In this document: positions 27,551 to 38,300 of the stretch, in pieces | Position numbering within the stretch: position 1 is the stretch's first letter | Layout: each line of letters opens with the position of its first letter | Virus record (IMG/VR): IMGVR_UViG_3300025897_000009 | From: a virus | Strand: one strand, 5' to 3' | Length of the DNA: 64,000 nt | Notes under the pieces: model-generated | What the model was told of the DNA's origin: nothing | Database searches by the model: none | The model's input: the letters and a program-made list of their open reading frames with translations, nothing else | Made by a program: the position numbers and the translations under genes

Positions 27551-28644
27551 AATTTAAATCCTTTAAAAGTTTCATTTGTTACATCTTGTTTAATACCACC
27601 CATTACATAAGACTCTATCTCAGTTTCCTGTGGAGCATTTTGTAATCCTCTACTAGATAACCAATGTTGTGTCCATGGTAATGGATTGTTGTTTTGTGGT
27701 ATGTTGTATATAGCATCCATACCCAATGCTCTTAATCGCTTGTTAGCAATAAACTCTACATATGATCCAAGAAGGGAAGCATTCAGTCCTATCATACTTC
27801 CCTTTTGGAACAAAAATTCTGCCCATTCTTTTTCTTGCTGAACTGCTTCTTCATACATTTGATACACAGTATCTTGCTGATCTTTGATCACCTTTAACAT
27901 CACTTTGTCATTCTCAGACTTCTGATAGTTTTTAATAATGTGTTGCGATATTGCTAAATGCTGTGATTCATCTCTGGCGATCAGTGATATAATCTTTGCT
28001 GATCCTTCCATTAATCGCAGTTCTCCAAATCCAAATGTACAGGCAAAAGAAACAAAGAAACGAATACCTTCTAAAATGTTTATACTTATTAATGCGAGAT
28101 ATAACTTCGTATAGAGTTCTTCTTTATCAATCTTGTGTCCTACTTCGTATCGTCGTGCGGTAGATATAAAGTCATCGTATGATTTTGTTACAGTTTCTGC
28201 TCTTTTAAGTATTGCTTCTTCGTTGAGTATAGTGTCAAATACATCACCTGGATTAGGATATAAATTCTTTATCATATATGTATACGATCTAGAATGAATG
28301 GTTTCCATAAAGTCCCAAGCAATAATACATGCTTCTAATTCTGGAAGAGTGGTGTAAGGTAATAGAGCAATCGCTGGTCCACGACCTTGTACACTATCCA
28401 GTAGTGTTTGGTATTTAAGATTAGAAGTGAAGATGTGCTTTTGCGCATCATTGAGTTGCTGAAAATCATTTCTATCTTTTTGTAAAGATACTTCTTCTGG
28501 TCTCCAAAAGTATCCTAATTGTGTTTGCGTGAGTTTATCAAAGATTGGATATTTAAATTCATCGAATCTCTGAGTATTAAGTGCTTCGCCAAAGAACATC
28601 GGTTCTTTTAGGAAGTTGACTTTTTTTCTGTTAAATATACTCAT
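27547..28644 (-). CDS. nrdB: Ribonucleotide reductase class Ia beta subunit
   Basis: FWRPEEV, LLDSVQGR, ETIHSRSY, LEGIRF, IARDE..H, APQETEIESY. Confidence 0.97.
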   Translation of the reverse strand: MSIFNRKKVNFLKEPMFFGEALNTQRFDEFKYPIFDKLTQTQLGYFWRPEEVSLQKDRNDFQQLNDAQKHIFTSNLKYQTLLDSVQGRGPAIALLPYTTLPELEACIIAWDFMETIHSRSYTYMIKNLYPNPGDVFDTILNEEAILKRAETVTKSYDDFISTARRYEVGHKIDKEELYTKLYLALISINILEGIRFFVSFACTFGFGELRLMEGSAKIISLIARDESQHLAISQHIIKNYQKSENDKVMLKVIKDQQDTVYQMYEEAVQQEKEWAEFLFQKGSMIGLNASLLGSYVEFIANKRLRALGMDAIYNIPQNNNPLPWTQHWLSSRGLQNAPQETEIESYVMGGIKQDVTNETFKGFKL

Positions 28645-29509
28645 CTATAATTGGTTCGTTTGTATAAGGGTCTGTAATGTCTGCACATGCTCGCATTGCT
28701 ACTTCACCTTTTTCTTGTAACATATCTCCATATATGGTTTTTTCTTTTTCTGCTATAGTGGAATAGTTATGATCATCATAAACACTTTCTCTACCATCGT
28801 ATCTTAATGATTCACACCCTCTATATAGAGGTCCATTGGCATCAACATAGTGTGCAAAGATATGTCTTGAGAATTTTCCTACTAACTTATCTCTCCAGTG
28901 TATAGCATTACATCCTTGATATGCTAATACATCTCCAGGTTCTAAGAATACTCTTTTGGCACCCATCGCAAACCTTTCTTCAAAGTTTTTTTGTTGTACA
29001 TATTCCCATGCTTCTTGGTAATCAACACCCACATAGTTCTTATCACCGAGTACCCATATTGACCATGGTTTCTTATCGTCAGTTTCATATTCTATTGGAA
29101 ATGTCATTGACACTTCACAACTAGGTCGATCTGTATGGGCAAACAGTCTAGCATCTCGATAGTAAGTCCTACCAAAACTATATGTTGGTACTAAAGACAA
29201 TTCTAATGCTTCTTGTAAAGGTTTCTTCAACATGATGAGCATTGACTCACCAAAAGGAACATTTGCCATGTTCTCAGATACATACTCGGTTTGTTCTCTA
29301 CCATGAGGTGTAGGAACTACTGATTTCTCTTCATCCAAACCCATACCCCATTGTTCTGAGTTTTCAGTTCTTCTCCAACTATGTTTTGCAAACTCAATCA
29401 TCCCTTCGGGAATAAAGTTTTTTAACACAACATATCGATTAGTTCTAAAAGATAAAGCAGTATCAGACATTCCTGAGTGATCTAATACTTTAGATATTGC
29501 ACGCATCAC
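28631..29509 (-). CDS. 2OG-Fe(II) oxygenase inserted between nrdA and nrdB
   Basis: LVPTYS..R.Y..L..HTDRPSCEVS, LEPGD.L.YQGC...HWR. Confidence 0.85.
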   Translation of the reverse strand: MMRAISKVLDHSGMSDTALSFRTNRYVVLKNFIPEGMIEFAKHSWRRTENSEQWGMGLDEEKSVVPTPHGREQTEYVSENMANVPFGESMLIMLKKPLQEALELSLVPTYSFGRTYYRDARLFAHTDRPSCEVSMTFPIEYETDDKKPWSIWVLGDKNYVGVDYQEAWEYVQQKNFEERFAMGAKRVFLEPGDVLAYQGCNAIHWRDKLVGKFSRHIFAHYVDANGPLYRGCESLRYDGRESVYDDHNYSTIAEKEKTIYGDMLQEKGEVAMRACADITDPYTNEPIIDEYI

Positions 29510-31796
29510 ATTCCTCAGGATCCTCTACTTGAAATGGATCCGCAGTTTTATTTAGTGTTTGTTCTTCTTCAACACTGTCGTCTGTTTTCATATCGTAAGT
29601 GTTTTGATAGTAAGATGTTTTCCATCCATACTTATATGTATTGAGTAAGTCGGTCGCCATCATTGAGATAGGAACTTCATTGTTCTCATAGTTCTCAGGG
29701 TTGTATGACCAATTACCTGAGATCCCTTGATCAAAGAACTTCTGCATTACAGATACAACCTTGATGTATCCATCATTATCAGGCATGTCCCATAACAAAG
29801 TGTAATAAGACATTAACTTTTTATATCCTGGAACTATTTGCTTGAGAGGTCCTTTCTTTGATTTTTTAACAGATAAGAAATCTCTTGGGGGTTCGATACC
29901 ATTGGTTTCGTTAGATACCACTGAAGATGACTCACTAGGCATCTGTGCTGTAAGTGTAGAATGTCGTAAACCAAAATCTTTAATATTAGCACGCAATGCT
30001 TCCCAATCACATTTGTATTCAGGTTTAACTAATTCATCGACTTCTTTCTTATAGTGATCAATAGGCAGTAATCCTTCTGAGTATTTGGTTCTATCGTACC
30101 CATCACACGCACCTCTTTCTCTTGCTAGATCATTAGATGCTTTGAGTAGATTGTATTGAAATGCTTCTGTAAGTTCGTGTACAACTTTGTGTGCTTCTGG
30201 ATCAGAATACTTTACTTTATGTCTTGCTAGATAATGTGCTAATCCTATGTATCCTATTCCTAAACTTCTTCTAGACTTAGTAGATCTTTCTGCTGCGATA
30301 ACTGGATATTGCTGATAATCGATAACTTCTTCTAGACCTCTTACTGCCAAATCACAAAGATTAGGCAATTCAGATAGATCGTCTTTAAGTGTGCCCACAT
30401 TAATAGCAGATAAAATGCATAAAGCAATCTCACCCTGTCCGTCAATGTGGTCTATAGGAACTGTGGGTAAGGTAATTTCTTGACACAAGTTAGACATGTT
30501 GATTTTATCTAAGAATGAACTATGACTGTTAGAATGATCAATGTTCATGATATAGATTCTACCAGTCTCTGCTCTTTCTTTGAGCATATCAGTAATCAGT
30601 TCTCTAGCACTTACTTTCTTTTTGGGTACTGAAGTTGCTCTTTCGTACTTCTCATACATCTCGTCAAACTCAGGTGTACCAAAGGCATCGTACAATCCTG
30701 GAACATCATGAGGTGAGAATAGAGTTATCTCACCATCACTTAAGAATCTTTCGTAGAAGAGTTTACTGAGTTGGATGCTGTAGTCGAGTTTTCTGACTCG
30801 GTTGTCTTCTGATCCTTTGTTGTTTTTGAGAACGAGGACATCTTCGATTTCAGCATGCCATATAGGGAAATGCACTGTTGCTGAACCACCTCGTACTCCA
30901 TTTTGAGTGCAGCAACGAACTGTTGCTTCAAATTTTTTAAGGAAGGGAATAACTCCTGTATGTTGAACTTCTCCTCCTCGAATTTTCGAACCGATCCCAC
31001 GGATCCTACCAGCATTGATACCAATTCCTGCCCTTTGAGCAACATAACGACCCACAGCCATATCAGAACTAAAAATAGAACCCAAAGTATCGTCAGTATC
31101 AACAAGAACACATGATGCAAACTGTCTAAGAGGAGTTCGCACACCTGCCATAATCGGTGTCGGAATGTTGATTTTAAATGTTGAAATTGCATCGTAATAC
31201 CTCTTTATATAACTGAGTCTGGTTTCTTTCGGGTAATTGTGAAAGAGTACACATGCGATGCACATGTACATGAACTGTGGTGTTTCAAAAACTATGTTTG
31301 TTGATCTATCTTGTACCAGATACTTATCAACCACTTGTCGCAAACCAGCATATGTAAATTCTAAATCTCTATCATGTTTAATAAAAGAATCTATCTTATC
31401 CCATTCTTCATCAGTGTAGTATGTTATTAAATTGCCATCATACACACCTTGCTTATTGTTTCGGATAATCATGTCTTTAATGGGTGGATAGATGTCTTGA
31501 TCTTTCCATTTAGTATTAAAGACTTGTTTGCGTATAAGGAATAGAAGTAATCTGGCAGCAACATACTGATAGTTTGGACTTTCTAAAGATATAAGATCGG
31601 ATGCTGATTTGATCAATATGTTTTGTATATCTGTAGATGTTATACCATCAAAGAATTGTAACCCACTATTCATTTCAACCAATGATTCAGACACACCTGT
31701 AATACCATTACATGCTGCTGATACCATTTTATGAATCTTATCTAGATTGAGTTCTTCTTTCGTGCCGTCTCTTTTTACAATAGAAATGTTTTCCAT
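29490..31796 (-). CDS. nrdA: Ribonucleotide reductase class Ia alpha subunit (ATP cone)
   Basis: VKRDG, PTPIMAG, SCVL, SNLCQEI, QMPSESSS, C-terminal CDAC. Confidence 0.98.
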   Translation of the reverse strand: MENISIVKRDGTKEELNLDKIHKMVSAACNGITGVSESLVEMNSGLQFFDGITSTDIQNILIKSASDLISLESPNYQYVAARLLLFLIRKQVFNTKWKDQDIYPPIKDMIIRNNKQGVYDGNLITYYTDEEWDKIDSFIKHDRDLEFTYAGLRQVVDKYLVQDRSTNIVFETPQFMYMCIACVLFHNYPKETRLSYIKRYYDAISTFKINIPTPIMAGVRTPLRQFASCVLVDTDDTLGSIFSSDMAVGRYVAQRAGIGINAGRIRGIGSKIRGGEVQHTGVIPFLKKFEATVRCCTQNGVRGGSATVHFPIWHAEIEDVLVLKNNKGSEDNRVRKLDYSIQLSKLFYERFLSDGEITLFSPHDVPGLYDAFGTPEFDEMYEKYERATSVPKKKVSARELITDMLKERAETGRIYIMNIDHSNSHSSFLDKINMSNLCQEITLPTVPIDHIDGQGEIALCILSAINVGTLKDDLSELPNLCDLAVRGLEEVIDYQQYPVIAAERSTKSRRSLGIGYIGLAHYLARHKVKYSDPEAHKVVHELTEAFQYNLLKASNDLARERGACDGYDRTKYSEGLLPIDHYKKEVDELVKPEYKCDWEALRANIKDFGLRHSTLTAQMPSESSSVVSNETNGIEPPRDFLSVKKSKKGPLKQIVPGYKKLMSYYTLLWDMPDNDGYIKVVSVMQKFFDQGISGNWSYNPENYENNEVPISMMATDLLNTYKYGWKTSYYQNTYDMKTDDSVEEEQTLNKTADPFQVEDPEECDACNI

Positions 31797-32791
31797 TATG
31801 TCCTCTTATATTGTCCTAGTTTCAATTTTGCTGATAATCCTTGATAGACATTATTTTCTATCGTATCCATTACTGTATCTATACCCAAAGCATTCACCAT
31901 TTCATTGATGTCTTTGAGTTCTCCTATTCTTTTGTCATCCCAAATAACCACTCGCCATCCATCTTCAATGACTTGGGAAATTTTATTTAGAATTTGTATA
32001 GATCTTGGTTCGTTGTCGTAAATGAGTATTGCTTGTTCTTTAAGTCCTTCATCTAGTTTACCAAAATCTGATCCTGCCACTGCTATACTATTGGGCAAGA
32101 ATAAACTATCTAGTGGTCCTTCTGTGACATAGATAGGTTGAGTCGCGTCAATCTTATTGAGATTGAAGATAAGTGGTTCGTTCTCATCAAACTTCATGGT
32201 AAGATAACGAAGATTGCTATCACCAATGGCTCGACCTGTGACACCTATAAGTGTGCCATCAAGAGAGTAGAAAGGCAAGATGATTCTCGCATCATTGCCT
32301 AAGATTCTCTCACGATACTTATCGCATATACTACTTAGTTCTTGTGCGTTTCTAATGAACCATATGTCTTTCCATGCTTCTTCAGGTATGTTTCTATTGA
32401 CAAGATACTCCTTTGCCTCTTCTACATTGACTGCCTTTTCGCACACTTTAGACAAAGGATGCTTGGGTTTGAACTTGGGTTTAAAAGCATGAGAGGGTGG
32501 AAGTTTTTGTTTCTTCTTACCACCATATATCTCTTTGATAAATTCTTTATAGAGTATAGAATCTTGTTCTTTTAGGAATGCTTTGAATGAAGTGGACATA
32601 CCACAGTTGTGGCATTTGTATACATAACTGCCTTTGTATAAGAAGTGATATCCTCTTGCTTTGTGTTCATGCTTTTCACTATCACCACAATATGGGCAAC
32701 TATGGTTTAATAGATCTTCGGTCTTCCATTTAGCATTGCTGAATCTGGGAGTAACCAGACGCAAATACTTTTTCTCTAACCATAATGTCAT
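31796..32791 (-). CDS. 61: DNA primase gp61
   Basis: CPYCGDS..CHNCG Zn finger, EGPLDSLF, YDNEPR, KDINEM. Confidence 0.95.
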   Translation of the reverse strand: MTLWLEKKYLRLVTPRFSNAKWKTEDLLNHSCPYCGDSEKHEHKARGYHFLYKGSYVYKCHNCGMSTSFKAFLKEQDSILYKEFIKEIYGGKKKQKLPPSHAFKPKFKPKHPLSKVCEKAVNVEEAKEYLVNRNIPEEAWKDIWFIRNAQELSSICDKYRERILGNDARIILPFYSLDGTLIGVTGRAIGDSNLRYLTMKFDENEPLIFNLNKIDATQPIYVTEGPLDSLFLPNSIAVAGSDFGKLDEGLKEQAILIYDNEPRSIQILNKISQVIEDGWRVVIWDDKRIGELKDINEMVNALGIDTVMDTIENNVYQGLSAKLKLGQYKRT

Positions 32792-32797
32792 ACAGAT

Positions 32798-32827
32798 ATT
32801 GTACTCTATAATCGGAATGTTGTAAAG
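32798..32827 (-). promoter_or_regulatory. Early-type promoter (TTTACA-N17-TACAAT)
   Basis: 6 nt before the primase ATG. Confidence 0.6.
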
Positions 32828-32833
32828 GTGGTT

Positions 32834-33202
32834 TTAGTTTTCTAGATCTTTTTCTAGATCTCTATAGTATTCAACTATGGAGATTATCTTTAATATGTAT
32901 GCTTTCATTTCAGCAGTATTATAAGATAAGTTTTTGTAGTCATCTGGGGAAAGAGCATAGTATGCTAACTCTGGTGCTAGACCTTGATCAACAAGATCTA
33001 AATACTCTCTCATGACATCAGGAGTTAATACTTTCCATTTGATTGGTTGTGTACTCACACCTGTGGGCATGGGTGGATGATACAAAGGAATGTTCATCGT
33101 TGCCCTGTTTACTTGTACTTCAGATATCTGTGGTTGATATCCACCAAGCATTGAACAACCACTAATCGTTAGGATTGCTATTATCGTTGCTATCTTCTTC
33201 AT
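32834..33202 (-). CDS. Outer-membrane lipoprotein, probable o-spanin
   Basis: Signal peptide with lipobox ISGC, Pro-rich segment, overlaps the upstream TM coiled-coil gene. Confidence 0.65.
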   Translation of the reverse strand: MKKIATIIAILTISGCSMLGGYQPQISEVQVNRATMNIPLYHPPMPTGVSTQPIKWKVLTPDVMREYLDLVDQGLAPELAYYALSPDDYKNLSYNTAEMKAYILKIISIVEYYRDLEKDLEN

Positions 33203-33590
33203 ATTGTTCTGGGTCAGTTAGGTTTTCAATATCTTTAAAAACACCTGTTGTGCCTTTGTTAATAATCTTTTCAATAAGTCCAGGTTTCCCAAGAGTAAGT
33301 CTGTCCATATCATGACCTGCATACTTGTCAGCGAGGTCTTTGATCTGCTTATCAGCATCCCTTGCCTTTTTAGTCAACTCCGAATTTGCCTTCTGCATTT
33401 GCTCAAAATTGCCCTTAATTTGTTCCAAATTGGCATTCAAATCTGCGATTTCATTGCGAAATTTGGTCTCATTTGCAACTGCCCTACCTATGTCACCCAT
33501 TAGGGTCTCTATCTTACTGGAAGTGTAGTTGTAGTATAAAAAGAATGCAAGGCAAACCGATGCCAATGCTCCTATAAGTATTTTAGACAT
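33162..33590 (-). CDS. Probable i-spanin
   Basis: N-terminal TM, long coiled coil, KPGLIEKIINKGT. Confidence 0.65.
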   Translation of the reverse strand: MSKILIGALASVCLAFFLYYNYTSSKIETLMGDIGRAVANETKFRNEIADLNANLEQIKGNFEQMQKANSELTKKARDADKQIKDLADKYAGHDMDRLTLGKPGLIEKIINKGTTGVFKDIENLTDPEQYEEDSNDNSNPND

Positions 33591-33883
33591 ATCTCTTTTA
33601 TCTCACCTGTTTGGTTGTTTTCTAGAACACATGTGTATCCTCTCTTCAAGTCAAACTCTAAAAGTTTATGTTCATCATCTATGATACTATCGTATTCTTC
33701 TCCAGTAAACTGGGTTCTGGTAAAAAGTTTAAAATCTTTATCATCTAAAGAATGTTTCTTTTTTTTCTTTTTTCGCCAAGTTGCTATATCGTCACCTGTA
33801 CCTACTACAGATGCACCTGTTGCGTTCACAGGTGCTTCTTCTTTCATTTTCTGAAACATGGTCTGTAGTTCTAACCAATTCAT
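33572..33883 (-). CDS. Hypothetical virion-associated protein
   Basis: EEAPVNATG..V.GTGDD motif. Confidence 0.55.
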   Translation of the reverse strand: MNWLELQTMFQKMKEEAPVNATGASVVGTGDDIATWRKKKKKKHSLDDKDFKLFTRTQFTGEEYDSIIDDEHKLLEFDLKRGYTCVLENNQTGEIKEICLKYL

Positions 33884-34443
33884 TTTACATCATCCCCTGT
33901 GATGAAAACAATGTCACCATATTCGTGTAATGCTGCATATACAGATACACCAAACACTTTACCTTTCTGTTCTAAAATGCTAACTTGAGTGCGGTGATCA
34001 TAGATCTTGTCGTTTTGTTCTAATCTTCTACGAATGTAGTATTTGCCACCAAGTACAAGTTCGTCCAAATAGATACCCTCATTAATTTCTTCTGCTGTAA
34101 GGGATCCCTCTTCCTTGATGTGATGATAAACTTTCTCACATAACTCTTCCATCTGATCTCTATTGAGATCTTGATCTTCTTTAAGTAATGCGAGTGCTAC
34201 TGCATAAGATGCTAATCTGGTTTTACCAAATGGCACCTTCTCTATGATTTTTTTAAGATTAAAGACTAATCTGTGTAAAAATGAATAAGCATTACGATCT
34301 TCGGTTGATAATAACTCTCGCTCTTTGATGCGAGTGCCTTTATCATCAATGATTCCTAGTTCGTATGCTTTTTGTTTTTTGAATGGTGTGGTTAGAAGTC
34401 GAAGTATTCTAAAAACTATTAATGTGTCTACTACTCTTGGCAT
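33880..34443 (-). CDS. Conserved T4-like hypothetical protein
   Basis: FRILRLLTTPF..AYELGIIDDKG..FLHRLVFNLK..LASYA.AL.LLKE. Confidence 0.75.
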   Translation of the reverse strand: MPRVVDTLIVFRILRLLTTPFKKQKAYELGIIDDKGTRIKERELLSTEDRNAYSFLHRLVFNLKKIIEKVPFGKTRLASYAVALALLKEDQDLNRDQMEELCEKVYHHIKEEGSLTAEEINEGIYLDELVLGGKYYIRRRLEQNDKIYDHRTQVSILEQKGKVFGVSVYAALHEYGDIVFITGDDVK

Positions 34444-34820
34444 TATAATTTTCTCAAAAGTTCTGTGACTGTCATGTCAATTTGGATTTCAGGTTTATAA
34501 TCTTCCTGTACATATCCAAGATATAATAACATCGTCTTAATTGTTCCCCAATACTTAGTCTTCTTTAATGGAATTTTGTATTCTAACATTCGATGACCAG
34601 CATCAAATCCAAATACATTGAACAGTACGATGAGATGATTTAAGAGCAATCGCTCTTTTAATTCACCTTGCTCGTGATAACGATACAACAATCTTTTGAG
34701 ATATCTAAATCTGCGTAGATCATCGTAGAACTCATCAATGCTTTCGCATTGTGGGTTATCGTAGTATTTGATTGCGTACAATGTAAAGTTGTCGCTGTTT
34801 AACTTGTCAAACAATTCCAT
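34443..34820 (-). CDS. Conserved T4-like hypothetical protein
   Basis: YAIKYYDNPQC..EFYDDL.RF.YLKRL..LKERLLLNHLI.LFNVFG. Confidence 0.78.
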   Translation of the reverse strand: MELFDKLNSDNFTLYAIKYYDNPQCESIDEFYDDLRRFRYLKRLLYRYHEQGELKERLLLNHLIVLFNVFGFDAGHRMLEYKIPLKKTKYWGTIKTMLLYLGYVQEDYKPEIQIDMTVTELLRKL

Positions 34821-34844
34821 AATGTAAAATATATTTAGTCTGTT

Positions 34845-35288
34845 TTAGACTAATGAACCAAATACTTTATATGATCCAGTTTGTTCGTGCCTTTCCCAAG
34901 CAATCTTGAGAGATCTTCCAGCACCTCTTTGCCCATCATCAACTGTGATTTCTTCAGGACCCTCTTCGCCAGTCTTTCCAAAAGTACCACCAAATTGAGT
35001 GATTGGCATTGAGACCTCACCACTAGTGGTAAGGTCTTGTTCATTGATTGCCAATAGATCGAAATCTACACCAATAGTTTGCAACTTTTGGTATAGTTGA
35101 TGAACAGCAGATTCTACATTTAGAAACTCTCTCTCAGCCATTGAACCTAACCATGAGTTAACTCTGTTAACTACTTGATCATCTTCAATGTAATGTGCTC
35201 CTGGAGATACTTGTGACATATCTGCAGATGCACCAGCAAAAGCACCTAGTGTTTCGCTTTCGTTGATAAACTGTCTAAATTTTTTCAT
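34845..35288 (-). CDS. Probable internal head protein
   Basis: N-terminal MKKFRQFINE resembles the T4 capsid-targeting sequence. Confidence 0.55.
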   Translation of the reverse strand: MKKFRQFINESETLGAFAGASADMSQVSPGAHYIEDDQVVNRVNSWLGSMAEREFLNVESAVHQLYQKLQTIGVDFDLLAINEQDLTTSGEVSMPITQFGGTFGKTGEEGPEEITVDDGQRGAGRSLKIAWERHEQTGSYKVFGSLV

Positions 35289-35306
35289 ACTGTTCTATCC
35301 TATTAA

Positions 35307-35846
35307 TTATGCTACACTGATGTCAGCATATGTTCCTGTACCTGTTGCACCGACTCTGTCACCAGTGACGAATGCTTTATCTGATACAGTTGATGTACCA
35401 TCGTCTACGATAGTACCACTGATTGTTTGTGCACCAATTGATAAATCTTCAGTTTGTGATGGAACTGTGAATGTGAATTCTGCTTTGTTGCTATCAGTTA
35501 CAGCACTTGCTGTAGCAGTGACAGAACCTGTAACAGATCCTGTGACAACTAATGTAGCACCATTAGTAACATCAACTCTTTCATTCCATGCAACAACAAC
35601 TGTTCCTGTATCACCTTGATCGTAAGATGCGTCTTTAAAGTAGACAGAAGTAATTGTTGCCTCTGCTATAGCAGTAGCAAGATTGTTACCACCAGATACA
35701 GCAACTAATAATTCTGTTTGAACTCTAGAACCTACAGTTTTATCGATTTTCCAACCAGTCGCATCAGCATATGTTCTTGTTTTTTCTTCGGTAGTAAGAT
35801 ATTTTGGTTTATCTTCAGCACCGTCTGTTATACCCCATAATGGCAT
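35307..35846 (-). CDS. Probable virion structural (Ig-like) protein
   Basis: MPLWG start, Thr/Val/Gly beta-rich. Confidence 0.55.
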   Translation of the reverse strand: MPLWGITDGAEDKPKYLTTEEKTRTYADATGWKIDKTVGSRVQTELLVAVSGGNNLATAIAEATITSVYFKDASYDQGDTGTVVVAWNERVDVTNGATLVVTGSVTGSVTATASAVTDSNKAEFTFTVPSQTEDLSIGAQTISGTIVDDGTSTVSDKAFVTGDRVGATGTGTYADISVA

Positions 35847-35855
35847 GATTTTCTC

Positions 35856-36107
35856 CTAGTCTCTAAATGCTACACTTGTAGCATGTATACTTGCGGATGC
35901 TACCAGAGTATCTGTAGGACTTTTCTCTATTAAGATTGATCCAGATGCTGGTAGAAACGCAGTTCCTATTGTTGAAGCACCACTGGTTGCTAGAGTAACC
36001 TCTACAGCACTAGTGGTGGTGTTAACGACAAAACAAAGTGATGCTGAATCTACATTATCTGCAGAACCTAAAGCAGTTGCACTTCCTAATATTTTTAATA
36101 CTTTCAT
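35856..36107 (-). CDS. Small beta-rich virion protein
   Basis: 83 aa ending IEKSPTDTL..V.F. Confidence 0.55.
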   Translation of the reverse strand: MKVLKILGSATALGSADNVDSASLCFVVNTTTSAVEVTLATSGASTIGTAFLPASGSILIEKSPTDTLVASASIHATSVAFRD

Positions 36108-36887
36108 TTATCGTCCTAATTTTTTCGCCACACCTAAAATTTTAGATATGGTTTGTTGAAAACTTCTTTTGTCCTTTTGTAGCAACTTGAGATACTGTGC
36201 TCTCGTTGCTGGTTTAATTTTATTTAGCATCATATGAACAATCTTTGCATCATTTGCTTTGAATGGAAACTTCTTAAGGTCATCTGTTGTGACAGTATAA
36301 GGTTTGTTCCCATCTGCTGCTTTTTTAATTTGGTTGAAGATGTTTCTATCTGCTTGGTCTTGCTGTCCACCTTTAGAGTTCTTCTTACTCTTAAAGGCAT
36401 CCATAGCAGTTTGTCTTACATCATCATCACCTGCTTCAGCATACTTGCCTCCAGCCATTTTAGAGATCTTATCTAATTTCATATTTAGATCTCTATCATT
36501 CTTTGCTTGAGCAACTGCTCTAGCAATCTTCTTATTTCCAGCATTACTTGCCATACCAAAGTCGCCAAGTGCTGCTTCCATAATTTGCTTAGTTATAACG
36601 ATGTTCTCTTGAACATTTTTGATATAACCCAGTCTTCTTAACTTTTCTTTAAAGTTTCTCAATCTTCCATCCAATTTGCTAAACTCTTCATCAGTTGCCT
36701 GAATCACCTTATTAGTTATTTTGTGAAATACATGCCCATGCATTTTCACTGCCTCTTTCTTTTTTTCAGCAAATTCATCTGCACTTAATGGTTTATCCAA
36801 CCCATGCATTTTAATTGCTTTCATTGCCTTTACCCAATCAGGGTGATTCTCATCCTTGGCAAGAGGAATAAGATAATAATGCTTCAT
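36108..36887 (-). CDS. Hypothetical (probable head-associated) protein
   Basis: 259 aa, Lys-rich, contains LDGR.R.FKE. Confidence 0.6.
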   Translation of the reverse strand: MKHYYLIPLAKDENHPDWVKAMKAIKMHGLDKPLSADEFAEKKKEAVKMHGHVFHKITNKVIQATDEEFSKLDGRLRNFKEKLRRLGYIKNVQENIVITKQIMEAALGDFGMASNAGNKKIARAVAQAKNDRDLNMKLDKISKMAGGKYAEAGDDDVRQTAMDAFKSKKNSKGGQQDQADRNIFNQIKKAADGNKPYTVTTDDLKKFPFKANDAKIVHMMLNKIKPATRAQYLKLLQKDKRSFQQTISKILGVAKKLGR

Positions 36888-36891
36888 AACT

Positions 36892-37470
36892 TTATGCTGG
36901 TTTTGCTTTACCGATTTTGCCTTTTACAACTCCTTTCTTCTTAGCAGGAGTAAATAATTGCTTAGATGCATGCATATGTGCTTCAGATTTTGTTATCTTT
37001 AGTTCTTCGATAGGCATTGCTCTTTTGAGTCCCACTCTTTCGAATACAACATCATAATGAGATACAGTACCATCTTCTGCTAAAGTATGTTCTGTAGATA
37101 CACATTCACCTAAACCAAACTCTTCATGAGCAACATGGGTTGCGCAATCATGAGCGATACCACCATTTGCTTTTGATGGTTCGTTTGCTTCTTCGACTTC
37201 ATCTTTATCTTTTTTAGATTTACGATGAGGGATATCGGCACCCTTCTCTTCGTCTTTGACATTTTTTGTTATTGCTTTGCGTCTTTTGGTAAGATACTTG
37301 TCAGTTGAATCATGGTCACCATCGTTATCGATGTCTTTGTCACCATGACCTACAGGATCCATTCCTTCACCATCATCATCTTTATCAGTGACAGGTGCTT
37401 TCTTAGATTTCTCTAGCAGTTCTTTAACTGCTTCTTGCATAGGGTCTGTTTTTAAGTCTCGGTATTCCAT
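36892..37470 (-). CDS. Hypothetical (probable head-associated) protein
   Basis: DPVG..D.DIDNDGD.D..D.YL..RRKAI and HDCATHV.HE.FG.G.C motifs. Confidence 0.65.
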   Translation of the reverse strand: MEYRDLKTDPMQEAVKELLEKSKKAPVTDKDDDGEGMDPVGHGDKDIDNDGDHDSTDKYLTKRRKAITKNVKDEEKGADIPHRKSKKDKDEVEEANEPSKANGGIAHDCATHVAHEEFGLGECVSTEHTLAEDGTVSHYDVVFERVGLKRAMPIEELKITKSEAHMHASKQLFTPAKKKGVVKGKIGKAKPA

Positions 37471-37478
37471 TGCTCTTC

Positions 37479-37988
37479 CTATTTTACTAGATTTATGTTA
37501 AGTCTCTTCGCATGTTTGTTGAAGATATCTCTAACAGTTTTGTTTTTGTTTTCGGGTCTCATGAAATCATCTGCTAATTCATCATCAGATAAGTATTTCA
37601 TTTCTAAATCCCTGATCAATTTAACTCCTTTTGGCGAACCTACTTTGGTGTTGCCTGGAACACTCTTCATTAACTTCTGAAACCCTTTGATTGCATTACC
37701 TTTAATTCTTGGATTGCTATCAAAGATACCAAATGCCATGGTTCCTTCTGTGACTTCAAATTGACTAATTCTTTTTTTAAGTTTGAGATAATCTAATGCG
37801 AGTTGCTCAGGATTCTCTATTAGTTGCTGGATAGTTTCCTGAAGATCCACTTCTGTTGTGACTTCTTCTAATAATGCATCTATTTCAGCAAATGCTTCTT
37901 GCTTCTGTGTGTTTTCTTCGAGCACAGGAGCCATTTGCCCTCTGACACTATCGAGTTGGTCTTTCCAAGATTGTCTATAATTTGCCAT
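37479..37988 (-). CDS. Hypothetical protein
   Basis: 169 aa; TATAAATA at 38010-38017 upstream. Confidence 0.6.
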   Translation of the reverse strand: MANYRQSWKDQLDSVRGQMAPVLEENTQKQEAFAEIDALLEEVTTEVDLQETIQQLIENPEQLALDYLKLKKRISQFEVTEGTMAFGIFDSNPRIKGNAIKGFQKLMKSVPGNTKVGSPKGVKLIRDLEMKYLSDDELADDFMRPENKNKTVRDIFNKHAKRLNINLVK

Positions 37989-38021
37989 AGTAGTCTCTCG
38001 CTTTTATATTATTTATATGAT

Positions 38022-38300
38022 TTAATGTTCTAGTTTCTCTATCTTTAGCACTAAATCGTTTATTCCTGGGAGTACACGATGGTACATTTCTCCTGGAATG
38101 TGATATTCATCACCTTCAATTAATTCTACAGGGAACTCACCATTGTATTGTAGTTGCCATCCCTGTCCTTCTAGCACTGTAATCTTTCTAGTTTCCTGAT
38201 CACGATGCCATACAAACTCACTCTCGTCTTGTAAATGATCTAGAGTGCGTATGTTTCCCTCGTCAATATAAGGTTTACCAATAGAAGTTTCCACCACCTG
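38022..38300 (-). CDS. Cupin-fold protein (start uncertain, approximate)
   Basis: FVWHRDQETR.I.VLEG.GWQLQ..YHRV. Confidence 0.6.
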   Translation of the reverse strand, partial: QVVETSIGKPYIDEGNIRTLDHLQDESEFVWHRDQETRKITVLEGQGWQLQYNGEFPVELIEGDEYHIPGEMYHRVLPGINDLVLKIEKLEH